A DNA stretch of 64,000 nt from Candidatus Aminicenantes bacterium (GTDB taxonomy: Archaea; Nanobdellota; Nanobdellia; Woesearchaeales; JAFCCF01): positions 12,950 to 76,949 of the forward strand of contig JAFCCF010000001.1 of the NCBI GenBank assembly GCA_017610325.1. The letters are read 5' to 3'. Under the pieces are notes generated by a model. The model worked only from the letters and a program-made list of their open reading frames with translations, had not been told where the DNA came from and did not search any database. A program made the translations under genes and the position numbers. Below, piece by piece: positions 28,971 through 38,553 of the stretch. Within the stretch, counting starts at the first letter, position 1. Each line of letters opens with the position of its first letter.

Positions 28971-30190
28971 CCACTAAGATAATTTATCCATTCCTCTGGC
29001 TTAATTTTTGCCCTGTCAAGTTCTAGGGCAAGGCTATAGCACACCTCACATTTAATAGGTACCTTGGACAATGAAGGTGTACTACCAATTATGTCAACCA
29101 CCTTGCCAGTTCTTTTTAGGATTAACTCTTCGCCTCGCCTGATCAGTTGCCTGAAATTATGGGTGGGTGAAGTGTTTTTAAGGAATTTAGCCATGTTGCT
29201 TGCCCCCATCTGTTCAACCTCTTTACGAAGCTGTTTGATTATCATCGTCTTGTCTTCTGAGACTAAATCCTGTACACAAACACTTGAGGGAAAAACAATG
29301 TAGGGATTCATACCAACATGGCAGCAAGGAAGGTGCCTGATGCATACCTTAGAGCCACTCTTCTCAAAAAATATTTTCATGTCATCAGAGAAGCAGTTAA
29401 GCTCATGGTAACTGTAGTCGTTACTCTTATTTACACAACCAGCGTATATCTTATTATTGTCTACCTCTGACCTAAGCCTGCCAGTTACCATCAACCCATA
29501 ACTTATCAATCTGAACCATTTGAATATACCCAACACAAGATTGCTCTCTTTTAGCCCAAACAATGAGCTCAGTTTTCGGATTGTGTGGCGTGCTTTGTTC
29601 TTGATTTTAAAAAATAGAATCCTGTTCTCCAGAACAATTTTCCCTTCCTTTATGCTAGCATGACAATTGAGGTATTTTTTGACATATCTCAACTTGTATC
29701 TTTTTGAGAGCAGAAGGAAGAAATCATGGGCTAGTTTTTGCAACGAAGGTTCAGTAAAGCATTTGGAATCAACACTTATTGCAACAAAATCAAGTTTTTT
29801 CAAAATATTCAAGATATCCTGGGTTTTCCTATTAAGCGTGTTATTTTTGACACGTTCTTTCAAGAGGACCATCAATTTGCCAGTGTCTCTTGTCGCGGGT
29901 AATTTCTTAAGTTCCAGCTTCAAGATGCTTAGCGGATTAATCACCACCTTTTTTTCTTTGTCGTAGTATGTGGTAAGCGACTCTAAAAATGGTAGATTCA
30001 AAAGGGGATCGCCGCCTGTAACAGATATTTTGTCACTCATCTCTGAGAAGATTCCGAACAGATTCTTCAACGCCTTCTTCTCAGTATTGGTTTTACCAAT
30101 ATCATCAAACTTGATACTTATCTCCCCAAAATGGGAACAGTAGTAGCACTCGTTGTCACACTTTCCTGTTGGAAAAATAATTATCTCCAT
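28967..30190 (-). CDS. radical SAM protein with C-terminal Cys-rich (SPASM-like) region
   Basis: 407 aa. N-terminal CxxxCxxC (GKCDNECYYC) and C-terminal Cys clusters (CIRHLPCCH...CVQD...CEVC). Overlaps the flippase by 4 nt. Confidence 0.7.
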   Translation of the reverse strand: MEIIIFPTGKCDNECYYCSHFGEISIKFDDIGKTNTEKKALKNLFGIFSEMSDKISVTGGDPLLNLPFLESLTTYYDKEKKVVINPLSILKLELKKLPATRDTGKLMVLLKERVKNNTLNRKTQDILNILKKLDFVAISVDSKCFTEPSLQKLAHDFFLLLSKRYKLRYVKKYLNCHASIKEGKIVLENRILFFKIKNKARHTIRKLSSLFGLKESNLVLGIFKWFRLISYGLMVTGRLRSEVDNNKIYAGCVNKSNDYSYHELNCFSDDMKIFFEKSGSKVCIRHLPCCHVGMNPYIVFPSSVCVQDLVSEDKTMIIKQLRKEVEQMGASNMAKFLKNTSPTHNFRQLIRRGEELILKRTGKVVDIIGSTPSLSKVPIKCEVCYSLALELDRAKIKPEEWINYLSG

Positions 30191-30193
30191 TTT

Positions 30194-31270
30194 CTAAATC
30201 TTTGACGGCAGCTTTACAAGCCAGTTTTTTATAAAATAAAGGTCCTGCACAATATTTTTTGCTTTGTTACCAAAACTGGTTGGCCAAAGAACCGGATATA
30301 TAAGTGATTTTATCTTATAATTCCAACTTACTTTGAAAAGATTTTCCTTCATAGAATCAAGCAAAATCCTCTTTAGCAAAGAACCCTTTATACCCAACTT
30401 AGTGCGGAAGTCTTCTGGCAAACTACATCTAAAAAACGTTTCGCAGAGCACAAGGCAATAATACACTAATTGGTTTGTGTTTGTCTTTGTGCATTTTTCA
30501 TAGAGTGCTGACCAATTAATTTTTTGTTTTCTTAACATCTCATTAAGTTCATAAAGTGTTCTTAAACCACCTGCAAAAGAATGCCCCATCAGATGTATGC
30601 ACGAATAAATTATTTGGTCTTCCAACTTTAGGATATCTATCTTGTCATCCTTAATCTCAATCGTTTTGGTTTTAAAGGAGGCTTTGAACCCATGGTGACC
30701 AAAGAAAAGCCTATCATGGACCTCAACCAATATTGTCCAGTTTCCAATCTTTTTTCTGCAATCAAAGTGATGGTAATGGGGGTGCCTGTCAACTGAGTAG
30801 CCTTTCCTAATCATTTCTGTTCTTATCTTTTTGGAGTCATTTGAATCAATAAGCAGGTCAATGTCTTGCATTGGCCTTTTAAGCAGATTGATTTTTCTGT
30901 AATGGTTCACGGAGTAACCTTTCAAAAGCACAAACTTGACAGAATGCTTCCAAAACAGTTTACAGAGTTCAGTAAACTCCATTAGCATTAGCATACTGTT
31001 CGCAATAGAATAATCCTTATACCTGACAAGCCTCTGCTCAAACCTCTTAGGCACAGCCAGTCTTAAAGTCCTTACACAATCAAGAGCATCTATATGTAGC
31101 AGATTATTTGAGATAATTTCCCATATAATATCCCACTTAATGGAAACAATAAGCGCCTTAACCCTTTTTCTATCACGATTCAGCAAAGCCAGCATAAATT
31201 CCTCCTCTTTGCCCAGCGAAGGGTTTCTTGATTTCCTGGTTTTGGTCATGGGCTTTTTCACCATGTGCAT
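30194..31270 (-). CDS. uncharacterised nucleotidyltransferase (NTP_transf_5 / PF14907-like)
   Basis: 358 aa. Segment VLLKGYSVNHYRKINLLKRPMQDIDLLIDSND...IRKGY fits the family pattern LKG...R...DiDlLv.... Confidence 0.55.
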   Translation of the reverse strand: MHMVKKPMTKTRKSRNPSLGKEEEFMLALLNRDRKRVKALIVSIKWDIIWEIISNNLLHIDALDCVRTLRLAVPKRFEQRLVRYKDYSIANSMLMLMEFTELCKLFWKHSVKFVLLKGYSVNHYRKINLLKRPMQDIDLLIDSNDSKKIRTEMIRKGYSVDRHPHYHHFDCRKKIGNWTILVEVHDRLFFGHHGFKASFKTKTIEIKDDKIDILKLEDQIIYSCIHLMGHSFAGGLRTLYELNEMLRKQKINWSALYEKCTKTNTNQLVYYCLVLCETFFRCSLPEDFRTKLGIKGSLLKRILLDSMKENLFKVSWNYKIKSLIYPVLWPTSFGNKAKNIVQDLYFIKNWLVKLPSKI

Positions 31271-31314
31271 AACGAGACAAAAAGTATATATAAAACCTTG
31301 TTTAATTTAAACAT

Positions 31315-32883
31315 ATGTTCTCCAAGAATTTATCACAAAGAAAGATACTCCTTCTAATAATCCTCTTTGCTTTGCTAGTAAGGTTACCCTGGTTGTATAC
31401 AACCATAGAAAGGGATGAAGCAACCAATGCGCTCACTGCCTGGAGGGTTTTGCATGGCGAAACTCTCTACAAGGATATCCACGCCGACAAACCACCCCTA
31501 CTGTATGTTTTTTACCTTGTGCCCATCTCAATATTCGGCAATTCAATTATCCCAATAAGGCTTCTTAACAACCTCCTCTTTGTTTTTTCCATCATCATCT
31601 TTTTCAGGATTGCTGAAAACATCTTTAAGAGAAGGGTCGCAATATACTCAACTATTCTCTTTGCATTTGCCATGAACATCCCTGTATTTGAGGGGCAGTT
31701 GGCAATGTCAGAGTCTTTGCTGACCCTGTTTGTTTTGTTGTCTGTTTATTCTTATTATAAATTTGCAAAAGAACACAAACCAGTTAACTTATTCCTCTCG
31801 TCTTTGTTTATGACACTTTCTGTTCTCACAAAGCATCAGGCAATTATCCTTTGGTTTATGCTGCTAACATTGTTTCTTATCCACACCAAATCTGCAGGTT
31901 TTATCAAGAAAAATCGCCCACTTTTTCTCAAGAGCTTACTATATCTCATATTACCAATGGGTTTTGTGACATTTGCTACACTTATCCTGATGGTCTTCAT
32001 GGAGTTTGATGGAATCTTGATTATAATTAAGCTTAGTGCAATCAGGGCAATATCTACTGTAACTGATTTATTCAAAGCTATTTTTGGTCTTAGACAGATT
32101 GGAGAAGCAAAGGCAGTGGTAACATTGAGCATGTGGCGCTCGTACAAGTATGTCCCATTCGGTTACGTGCTGCTTTATCTTTTGGAGGGTGCTTTCCTCT
32201 TCTTTTTATCCTTGGTTGGTATGTTTAAATTATTCAAGGAAAAGAGCAGACCTAAATGCAACTTTAGCAAGCAACTTGTTATTGTCTGGTTCTCTTTTTC
32301 ACTAATGGTTTCCTTAGTTCCAAAAGCCTTCGGCCATTTTTTTATCTTCCTGATACCACCCGCATCGCTTCTAGCAGGTTTCGCGTTATATAACATTATA
32401 AAGAAAAAGTCTGTTCGCAACAACCTGTTTTTGGTCTTGGTTTTAGTTTTATTAATGGTGTCTCTATTTTTTCAGGTTAAACATTACCCAGACTTTCACA
32501 TCACCTATGGCCCATACAGGATGGGGTTCAGTGATTTTGGTAGTTATTCTGACCAGCTGGCGTTCGGCAAATTCATAAAAGAAACCAAATCAAAGGATGA
32601 TTCCATCATTGTCTTTGGGTGGGCGCCGGTAATCTACTGGCTAAGTGAAACCAAACCAATAACTCAAAGCAGCTTTAATTTCAATGCAGACGACCTATTT
32701 CAGGCAATTCAAGAAAAACAACCGCGATACATAATAATCATGCCATACTCAGATATTGACCACCTATCTATCTTTCCTGTCAGGGGGCTAACTACAGAGA
32801 AAAAAAAGGAGTTCGAGGAATATCTAGAGCATTACATACTTTCAAACGTTGAAGGTATTAGGGTATATTCAAAGAAAGAATAA
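31315..32883 (+). CDS. GT-C fold glycosyltransferase (PMT_2/ArnT-like, GT39/GT83-type), polytopic membrane protein
   Basis: 522 aa, more than 10 TM helices. N-terminal DEATNALTA...KPPLLYV loop typical of PMT_2. No WWDYG motif, so it is not AglB. Confidence 0.6.
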   Translation: MFSKNLSQRKILLLIILFALLVRLPWLYTTIERDEATNALTAWRVLHGETLYKDIHADKPPLLYVFYLVPISIFGNSIIPIRLLNNLLFVFSIIIFFRIAENIFKRRVAIYSTILFAFAMNIPVFEGQLAMSESLLTLFVLLSVYSYYKFAKEHKPVNLFLSSLFMTLSVLTKHQAIILWFMLLTLFLIHTKSAGFIKKNRPLFLKSLLYLILPMGFVTFATLILMVFMEFDGILIIIKLSAIRAISTVTDLFKAIFGLRQIGEAKAVVTLSMWRSYKYVPFGYVLLYLLEGAFLFFLSLVGMFKLFKEKSRPKCNFSKQLVIVWFSFSLMVSLVPKAFGHFFIFLIPPASLLAGFALYNIIKKKSVRNNLFLVLVLVLLMVSLFFQVKHYPDFHITYGPYRMGFSDFGSYSDQLAFGKFIKETKSKDDSIIVFGWAPVIYWLSETKPITQSSFNFNADDLFQAIQEKQPRYIIIMPYSDIDHLSIFPVRGLTTEKKKEFEEYLEHYILSNVEGIRVYSKKE

Positions 32884-32889
32884 AGCGTC

Positions 32890-33945
32890 CTACCCCAACA
32901 GTTCTTTTAGAATCTTACTGTTATTTTCATCAATACTGTTGTATGCAAATCTCATGCTGACAACGGAATAATTATAACAAGAATTGAACTCACCCATTCC
33001 GCCCTCCATGGATTTTATATCTCCAGCGTATGCTTTTGCTTTGTCAGCATCCCCTTGTTTATAACTGTCCAGGGCCAGTTGTATTGTAGTATCACAAAAT
33101 ACCCTTCCATCTTGGGCTTCATTTATTATATCATGGTAAATCAAAACTGCTGTATCCTGCTCTCCCTGTAATTTATAAAGTGCAGCTAATATATTTTTCA
33201 ACATCAACAAACTATCGCCCTGGAATGTTGAAGGGTATTTTGGACTCTGCATTATGTCTTTTAAATACTTAGTAGCATTTTTAATGTCAAGACCCCATTG
33301 ACTAGCCATCAGGGGATAAATGTGCAGGTGTAGCTCTTGTAGGTCTGGTCTCTGAGAAGCCACCCTGAGACCATCAATATTTTTTGTCTTACTAAAAAAA
33401 TCAACCAACAGTATAGGTAAAATCCTTGCCTCTTTGGTGTCTAGATTAGAGGTTTCTACCGATTCTGCCCTCTCAATTATGGCTACTTCTTCTTCTGGGG
33501 TAGGTGATTTAGAAAGATTTGCCCCTACTAATTCCAGGTCATAGACAATTCGTGTTAGATAGAAAAAATTTGCAAGATTCACTCTATCGTTCCAAGTGAA
33601 ATTTAATAGGGTTGATATGTTATAGTACTCTTGACTTTTTTTAAAGACGTTACTAAGCATTTTAAGGTCTTCATCTTCACTTAGTGTATCTTTAATATCG
33701 TCGTAACCACCCGTTAAAAAGAGGTCACTCTGGTATAAGAAATCTAGGTATTCGTCAGCGAATGCCTCCACCTCTGCATTGGATGGGGTAGCTGTAGTTT
33801 GGGGAGTAGTTGTTGTCGAGGTTGTATCACCTGGTTCTGTTTTCCAAGGTGCGAACAATAAGACAACCACCCCTATACATGCAATTAGAATTATAACGAG
33901 TAGAACTGATTTTTTCACCTTCTTTTTTTCTTTTGACTTAGCCAA
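32890..33945 (-). CDS. membrane-anchored extracellular protein with Thr-rich linker; hypothetical
   Basis: 351 aa. N-terminal Lys-rich stretch plus a TM anchor, a TTSTTTTPQTTATP linker, then a globular helical domain. Confidence 0.45.
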   Translation of the reverse strand: MAKSKEKKKVKKSVLLVIILIACIGVVVLLFAPWKTEPGDTTSTTTTPQTTATPSNAEVEAFADEYLDFLYQSDLFLTGGYDDIKDTLSEDEDLKMLSNVFKKSQEYYNISTLLNFTWNDRVNLANFFYLTRIVYDLELVGANLSKSPTPEEEVAIIERAESVETSNLDTKEARILPILLVDFFSKTKNIDGLRVASQRPDLQELHLHIYPLMASQWGLDIKNATKYLKDIMQSPKYPSTFQGDSLLMLKNILAALYKLQGEQDTAVLIYHDIINEAQDGRVFCDTTIQLALDSYKQGDADKAKAYAGDIKSMEGGMGEFNSCYNYSVVSMRFAYNSIDENNSKILKELLG

Positions 33946-34034
33946 CTTACCCCAACAATATTATTATTATTTTGTTCCTTAAATATTTATCGGAAAACTA
34001 AAACTATTTAAATAAAGTTAATTCCTAATCCAGC

Positions 34035-34862
34035 ATGCAAGAAGATGCTCATGTCTCTCTGGAGCTGTTAGGCATAGTGTTTAAGATACACATCAAGAAT
34101 GAAGATTATCACAGAATCATTTCAGAGCAATACAAAAATTTTTTAACAAAAAGAAGAGAAGATTATTTTCTGAGCGTAGATTTTGCAAAAACATCGCAAA
34201 AAGAAAAGGATGCATGCATTAAGATTGATAAGGTGGGGGATTCTTTTGTCATTGGAAACTCATTTTTCAGGGGCACATTCTATCCGGGACGGAAAAAATC
34301 ACAGGTAACGCTTTTTAGGACCCCGCTTAAGCAGATATATGCGCCAGGAGTTTTATCTGATTTTTTGGCAACATGTTATTCCATACTTTTACTTGATAAA
34401 GGATACTTCATCTTACACAGCTCAGGCTTGGTAAAAGATAGAAAAGGGTACATTTTTTGCGGTCAAAGTGGTGCTGGCAAAACAACAATCGCAGAGAAGA
34501 GCGGGGCAGTTGTGCTAAATGATGACTTTGTCTTTGTCAAGGCAAGCAACGGGAAATGGAATGTGTACGGCACGCCTTTTTCAGCCACATTTCCTGGAGT
34601 AAATAAGGCCCATAAACTAGATAAAATCTTCTTAATCAAACATGCCAAAACCAATTACACGCGTAGGCTTAAGAAGATTAATGCAATAGGTCCATTGCTT
34701 TCACATATGGTCTTAGTTGGTAGGATGATGGAGGGAAATTATCTTGACCACAATCGAAAGATATTTAACCTTCTTGTGGATATTGTAAAATCTGTCCCGG
34801 TGTACTGGCTGGGTTTCACATCAGATTGCTCGTTTTTGGGTGAACTGGATGAATTTAAATAA
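34035..34862 (+). CDS. HPr kinase C-terminal domain-like P-loop protein (putative peptide/substrate kinase)
   Basis: 275 aa. LHSSGLVKDRKGYIFCGQSGAGKTTIAEKSGAVVLNDDFVFV matches the HprK_C core (P-loop followed by DD). Confidence 0.6.
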   Translation: MQEDAHVSLELLGIVFKIHIKNEDYHRIISEQYKNFLTKRREDYFLSVDFAKTSQKEKDACIKIDKVGDSFVIGNSFFRGTFYPGRKKSQVTLFRTPLKQIYAPGVLSDFLATCYSILLLDKGYFILHSSGLVKDRKGYIFCGQSGAGKTTIAEKSGAVVLNDDFVFVKASNGKWNVYGTPFSATFPGVNKAHKLDKIFLIKHAKTNYTRRLKKINAIGPLLSHMVLVGRMMEGNYLDHNRKIFNLLVDIVKSVPVYWLGFTSDCSFLGELDEFK

Positions 34863-35163
34863 CTATGTTAAGATCAAATCTCATGTAGAGTGGAAACAGG
34901 TAGATAAAGAAATCATAATATTTGATACAAAAAATACCTCATTCTACAAACCAAATGAGACCGGGGCCCTTATCTGGTGGAGCCTGGTAAAGGGGAACAA
35001 CCTCCTGGCTGCTTTGAAATCAGTGCAGAATTCCTGCGAAGCAGATTCAGCTGAATTGCAGAAGGATGTAATTGATTTTCTAAATGAACTCGTTGCAAAG
35101 GATTTGGTTCAGCCAATCGCCAAAAAACCCTCAAGTGTTAAGGAACAGATTAATTTGAGTTAG
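34840..35163 (+). CDS. PqqD-family protein (RiPP recognition element-like peptide chaperone)
   Basis: 107 aa. Pattern KQVDKEIIIFDTKNTSFYKPNETGALIW...DVIDFLNELVAKDLV typical of PqqD/RRE. Overlaps the HprK-like gene by 23 nt. Confidence 0.55.
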   Translation: MNWMNLNNYVKIKSHVEWKQVDKEIIIFDTKNTSFYKPNETGALIWWSLVKGNNLLAALKSVQNSCEADSAELQKDVIDFLNELVAKDLVQPIAKKPSSVKEQINLS

Positions 35164-36317
35164 GGTGGCAGGTATTTCTTAAGAAAACTAAATAGTATCT
35201 TTCTATCTTCTCCCTCTACCTGTGATATTATCCATTTGCAGCAATCAAAGTAAATTAGCTTCATCATACAGCCTTCCATGGTGTGCTTGAAAGAGTTACC
35301 CGTTTCAACGAAATTCCTGTAAACACAGGGACACTTGATGCAATAGTCCCGCATCCTACATTTCTTGCACTCGTTGTTTGTTAGGGAATATTCTTCAACG
35401 CACTGAGCATACATCTTGAATTTTACTGAATCAAATTTGCTAATTTTTCCAAAATCATTTTTGTCTAGATACAGGAACTGTCCACAACCATACACCTTTC
35501 CTTCTGGTGAAACAGTGAAAGTCTGGCCAGCTGCACTGCAGCATGAGTGCGGAACAACCTTCCCAAGTACCTCCCGGTCATAAATAGTTTTCAGGATATT
35601 GCAATATTCTATAAGATGGGGCACTGCTTTGTTCTTTTTAATATATTCAATGAACCACTCAGCAATTTTTAATCTATTATTCCTCAATCTTACTTTATTT
35701 TTTCTTTTGATTAAATTGATATCCTCCATTACAATAATATCATTTGGTTGTAGACTAGTTATGAAGTCAAGGTTTTTCTTAACATCCCTATCAGAAAACA
35801 AATATACATACTTGATTCCCAGGTGATTGGATATTTTATTTAGTCTCTTGATGTTTTTAACTACTACCTCCCAGGTTGGCTTACCCTGTTTTGTTCTTCT
35901 CCTAGAATCATGATTCTCTTTGACTCCATCCAAGCTGACGTCAACCATCAAATTGTGTTTTTTAATCAAATCCTGAATCCTTTTATTTAGGATAGTGAGG
36001 TTTGACGTGAATCTTATTTTAAGTTCTTTGTTTAACTGCTTTGCTTTTCTGTAGGCATATTCGCTAACAACATCAATAAGTTCAGGTTCCAGAAACGGTT
36101 CACCACCTATAAAATCCAATGAAAGCTTTTTTTCCTTGCTCTCAAACAACAGGTCAACAGCCATTTTGGCATCATCCAAAGAAATCCTCCTGTCGTTCTT
36201 TTCACCAACTAAACAATAAGAACAATTTAGATTACAATTCCTATTAAGGAAAATATCAACTCTTCTGTGACGCATTTTAACATCATATATGTCAGAAAAT
36301 AACTTTCTTGCCCCCAT
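35160..36317 (-). CDS. radical SAM / SPASM-domain protein (peptide- or cofactor-modifying type)
   Basis: 385 aa. CNLNCSYC radical SAM motif and a C-terminal twin Cys-rich auxiliary-cluster region (CCSAAGQ...GCGQF...CKKCRMRDYCIKCPC). Confidence 0.8.
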   Translation of the reverse strand: MGARKLFSDIYDVKMRHRRVDIFLNRNCNLNCSYCLVGEKNDRRISLDDAKMAVDLLFESKEKKLSLDFIGGEPFLEPELIDVVSEYAYRKAKQLNKELKIRFTSNLTILNKRIQDLIKKHNLMVDVSLDGVKENHDSRRRTKQGKPTWEVVVKNIKRLNKISNHLGIKYVYLFSDRDVKKNLDFITSLQPNDIIVMEDINLIKRKNKVRLRNNRLKIAEWFIEYIKKNKAVPHLIEYCNILKTIYDREVLGKVVPHSCCSAAGQTFTVSPEGKVYGCGQFLYLDKNDFGKISKFDSVKFKMYAQCVEEYSLTNNECKKCRMRDYCIKCPCVYRNFVETGNSFKHTMEGCMMKLIYFDCCKWIISQVEGEDRKILFSFLKKYLPP

Positions 36318-36443
36318 CTTAACAGGGTGTTAAAGCAGGACCAGTAACACAGGTTATCGCACCGAAGTGAATTTTCTCTTTGATACAAATTAACTTTGGC
36401 TTAACATACTCCTTCTTTTTTTTATGCATAGTTAATAAATATA

Positions 36444-36986
36444 ATGACAAGATATATAAATCTTTTTGTTTTTAAGATGTCCATGAATAAGGATATATCT
36501 AGTATGTTAAAACAGTTTGTTAGGGAGAAAAAACTACCTATTAAAATATCTGGCGAGAGCATGCAGCCACTGATAAGGTCTGGTGAAAAGGTTATAATAG
36601 TTAGTGCTAATGCCCTTAAACCAGGGGATATAATCTGTGCCAAGGGCTCCTGCGGAATAATGGTGCATAGGATAATAAGGCGCTTAAAAAATCAGCGTTT
36701 CCTGGTTAAAGGAGATAATAATTTTATAGGGGACCCTATACTAAGCAACAAAGACGTAATTGGGAAGGTGATTGCAATTAGGTCTGGCAAGATAAGGATA
36801 AACACAATGCCGTGGCGCTTTGCTAACAGAATGATTGCGTTGTTTTCTTACCTACAACTGGCCGTTTATGCTGGTTTTATGGCTAAAAGTAGCTCAGGAG
36901 ACAAGTTTTCTAAGCAGTTCAAAAACGCAGTTGTTATGATTTCAAACCCTTTCTTGTTTATTGTCCACATTCTTCACAAACAATGA
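36444..36986 (+). CDS. S24/S26-family serine peptidase-like protein (LexA/signal-peptidase fold)
   Basis: 180 aa. SGESMQPLIRSGEKVII is the GxSMxP catalytic-Ser motif with a downstream Lys (IIRRLKNQRFLVKGDNN). Confidence 0.5.
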   Translation: MTRYINLFVFKMSMNKDISSMLKQFVREKKLPIKISGESMQPLIRSGEKVIIVSANALKPGDIICAKGSCGIMVHRIIRRLKNQRFLVKGDNNFIGDPILSNKDVIGKVIAIRSGKIRINTMPWRFANRMIALFSYLQLAVYAGFMAKSSSGDKFSKQFKNAVVMISNPFLFIVHILHKQ

Positions 36987-38536
36987 AAAATAAAATACTG
37001 CTTGTGTATACCCCAAGGCCTTTTAGGGATTATTCAGATAAGGATGATTTCTATGAAGTTCCTCTTGGACTTCTGTCTATTGCATCAACCTTAAAAGGCA
37101 ACGGGTTTGACATAGAAATAATTGATGGAAACTTGGATAAAAATTATCAGGAAAAGGTGGGGCAAGCCAGCCAGGATGCGCTTTTTGTTGGGCTCAGTGT
37201 GATGACCACTCAAATAAAGGAAGCACTGGAGGTTTCAAAGCTTGTTAGAAGGGTTAACAGCAATACCCCAATTGTTTGGGGCGGCGTCCATCCATCCCTT
37301 GTTCCAATTCAAACCTGTGAAAACCCTTATGTGGATATTGTAGTATATGGCCAGGGAGAGATGACCACACTTGATTTGGCAAAAAAACTACAGAGCAAAG
37401 AACAACTTTCCAATGTACAGGGCATATACTATAAGAAAAATAACAAAGTTTTCAGGAATCAGGTAAGACAACCAACTGAGCTGGATGATATCCCTCCACT
37501 AAACCTGGGGTTAATTGATTTGCAGGACTATCTGAAAATAAATTACACCCTATGGAAAAACTCACTAAGGTTTTCAAGGCACAGTTTGAGGAAAGGGGAT
37601 GAGGTTATAAATAGGTTCCCACTATATACTGGGAGGGGGTGTCCGTATAATTGCGCATTCTGTACTATCCCTATAGTGTATGGCCCTAAAGGTGATTATG
37701 GGAAAAAGGTGTACATGAAAAAATCTGCTAAGAAAATCCTGGACGAGATGGAACATCTGATTAAAGAGAAAAACATACAACTTATTCTCTTCCAGGATGA
37801 GTTGTTTTTTAATGACAGGAAAACAATAGAAGATTTTCTGGATGAGCTGGAGGCAAGGGAGCTGAAGATTAAGTGGACAGTACTAGTGAGGGCAAGTTTC
37901 TTTACCAACTGCTATAAACCAGGCAATCTGATAGAACGAATCAGGAAAAATGGGTGCATTGCTCTGCTTATGGGAGCAGAATCAGGTTCAAATAAAACCC
38001 TTAGAGCTATGAAAAAAGACCTTACCAGAGAGCAACTGCTTACAACAACCAAGTTACTTGCGAAGCACAAAACCTATTTCTCGTATTCTTTTATTGTTGG
38101 GTTTCCTGGAGAAAATAAGAAAGATTTGCTAGCGACTTTAGATATTATGAAAGAAATGAAAAAAATTGCAGGGAGATATGTTGATGTATGCTTGCCGCAT
38201 ATATTCATGCTGTTTCCAAGAAGCGATTTGTGGAGCATTTGTGAAAAGTATGGCTACAAAGAACCCGGTTCTCTCCAGGAATGGGCCGGGCGTGCCATAG
38301 ATGATACCCTCAGCACAGATTTTCGGAAACTACCATGGATACCAAAATCTAACTATTCTTTAATAAGATTCCTCATGCTGGATGGTGCAAGCGCAATTCC
38401 AAATGGGAAATTATTAAAATGGATATACAACCAGATTTACCAGGTTAGAAGAAAGACTAGGTATTTTGGATTCCCTATTGAGATATTTGCGTGGAAGTAC
38501 TACGGAAAACTGAAGTTGAGACTTTTTGGCCATTGA
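36983..38536 (+). CDS. B12-binding domain radical SAM protein, paralogue group A (second copy)
   Basis: 517 aa. Collinear with 25968-27536 (same N-terminus KILLVYTP.., GRGCPYNCAFCTIP, C-terminal RKLPW...). Overlaps the peptidase gene by 4 nt. Confidence 0.8.
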   Translation: MKNKILLVYTPRPFRDYSDKDDFYEVPLGLLSIASTLKGNGFDIEIIDGNLDKNYQEKVGQASQDALFVGLSVMTTQIKEALEVSKLVRRVNSNTPIVWGGVHPSLVPIQTCENPYVDIVVYGQGEMTTLDLAKKLQSKEQLSNVQGIYYKKNNKVFRNQVRQPTELDDIPPLNLGLIDLQDYLKINYTLWKNSLRFSRHSLRKGDEVINRFPLYTGRGCPYNCAFCTIPIVYGPKGDYGKKVYMKKSAKKILDEMEHLIKEKNIQLILFQDELFFNDRKTIEDFLDELEARELKIKWTVLVRASFFTNCYKPGNLIERIRKNGCIALLMGAESGSNKTLRAMKKDLTREQLLTTTKLLAKHKTYFSYSFIVGFPGENKKDLLATLDIMKEMKKIAGRYVDVCLPHIFMLFPRSDLWSICEKYGYKEPGSLQEWAGRAIDDTLSTDFRKLPWIPKSNYSLIRFLMLDGASAIPNGKLLKWIYNQIYQVRRKTRYFGFPIEIFAWKYYGKLKLRLFGH

Positions 38537-38553
38537 TTTTGGTTTCTAGCGAG

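Noticed and set aside
31315-32883. GT-C membrane protein as the oligosaccharyltransferase AglB
   Set aside because: No WWDYG motif and no large C-terminal periplasmic domain. The N-terminal loop matches PMT_2/ArnT-like transferases instead.
36422-36643. 73-aa minus-strand ORF considered as a possible RiPP precursor peptide near the rSAM/SPASM gene
   Set aside because: It is antisense to the S24/S26 peptidase gene start and AT-rich intergenic DNA. The translation is hydrophobic and Ile/Leu/Phe-rich with no Cys/Ser/Thr core. It is more likely spurious.
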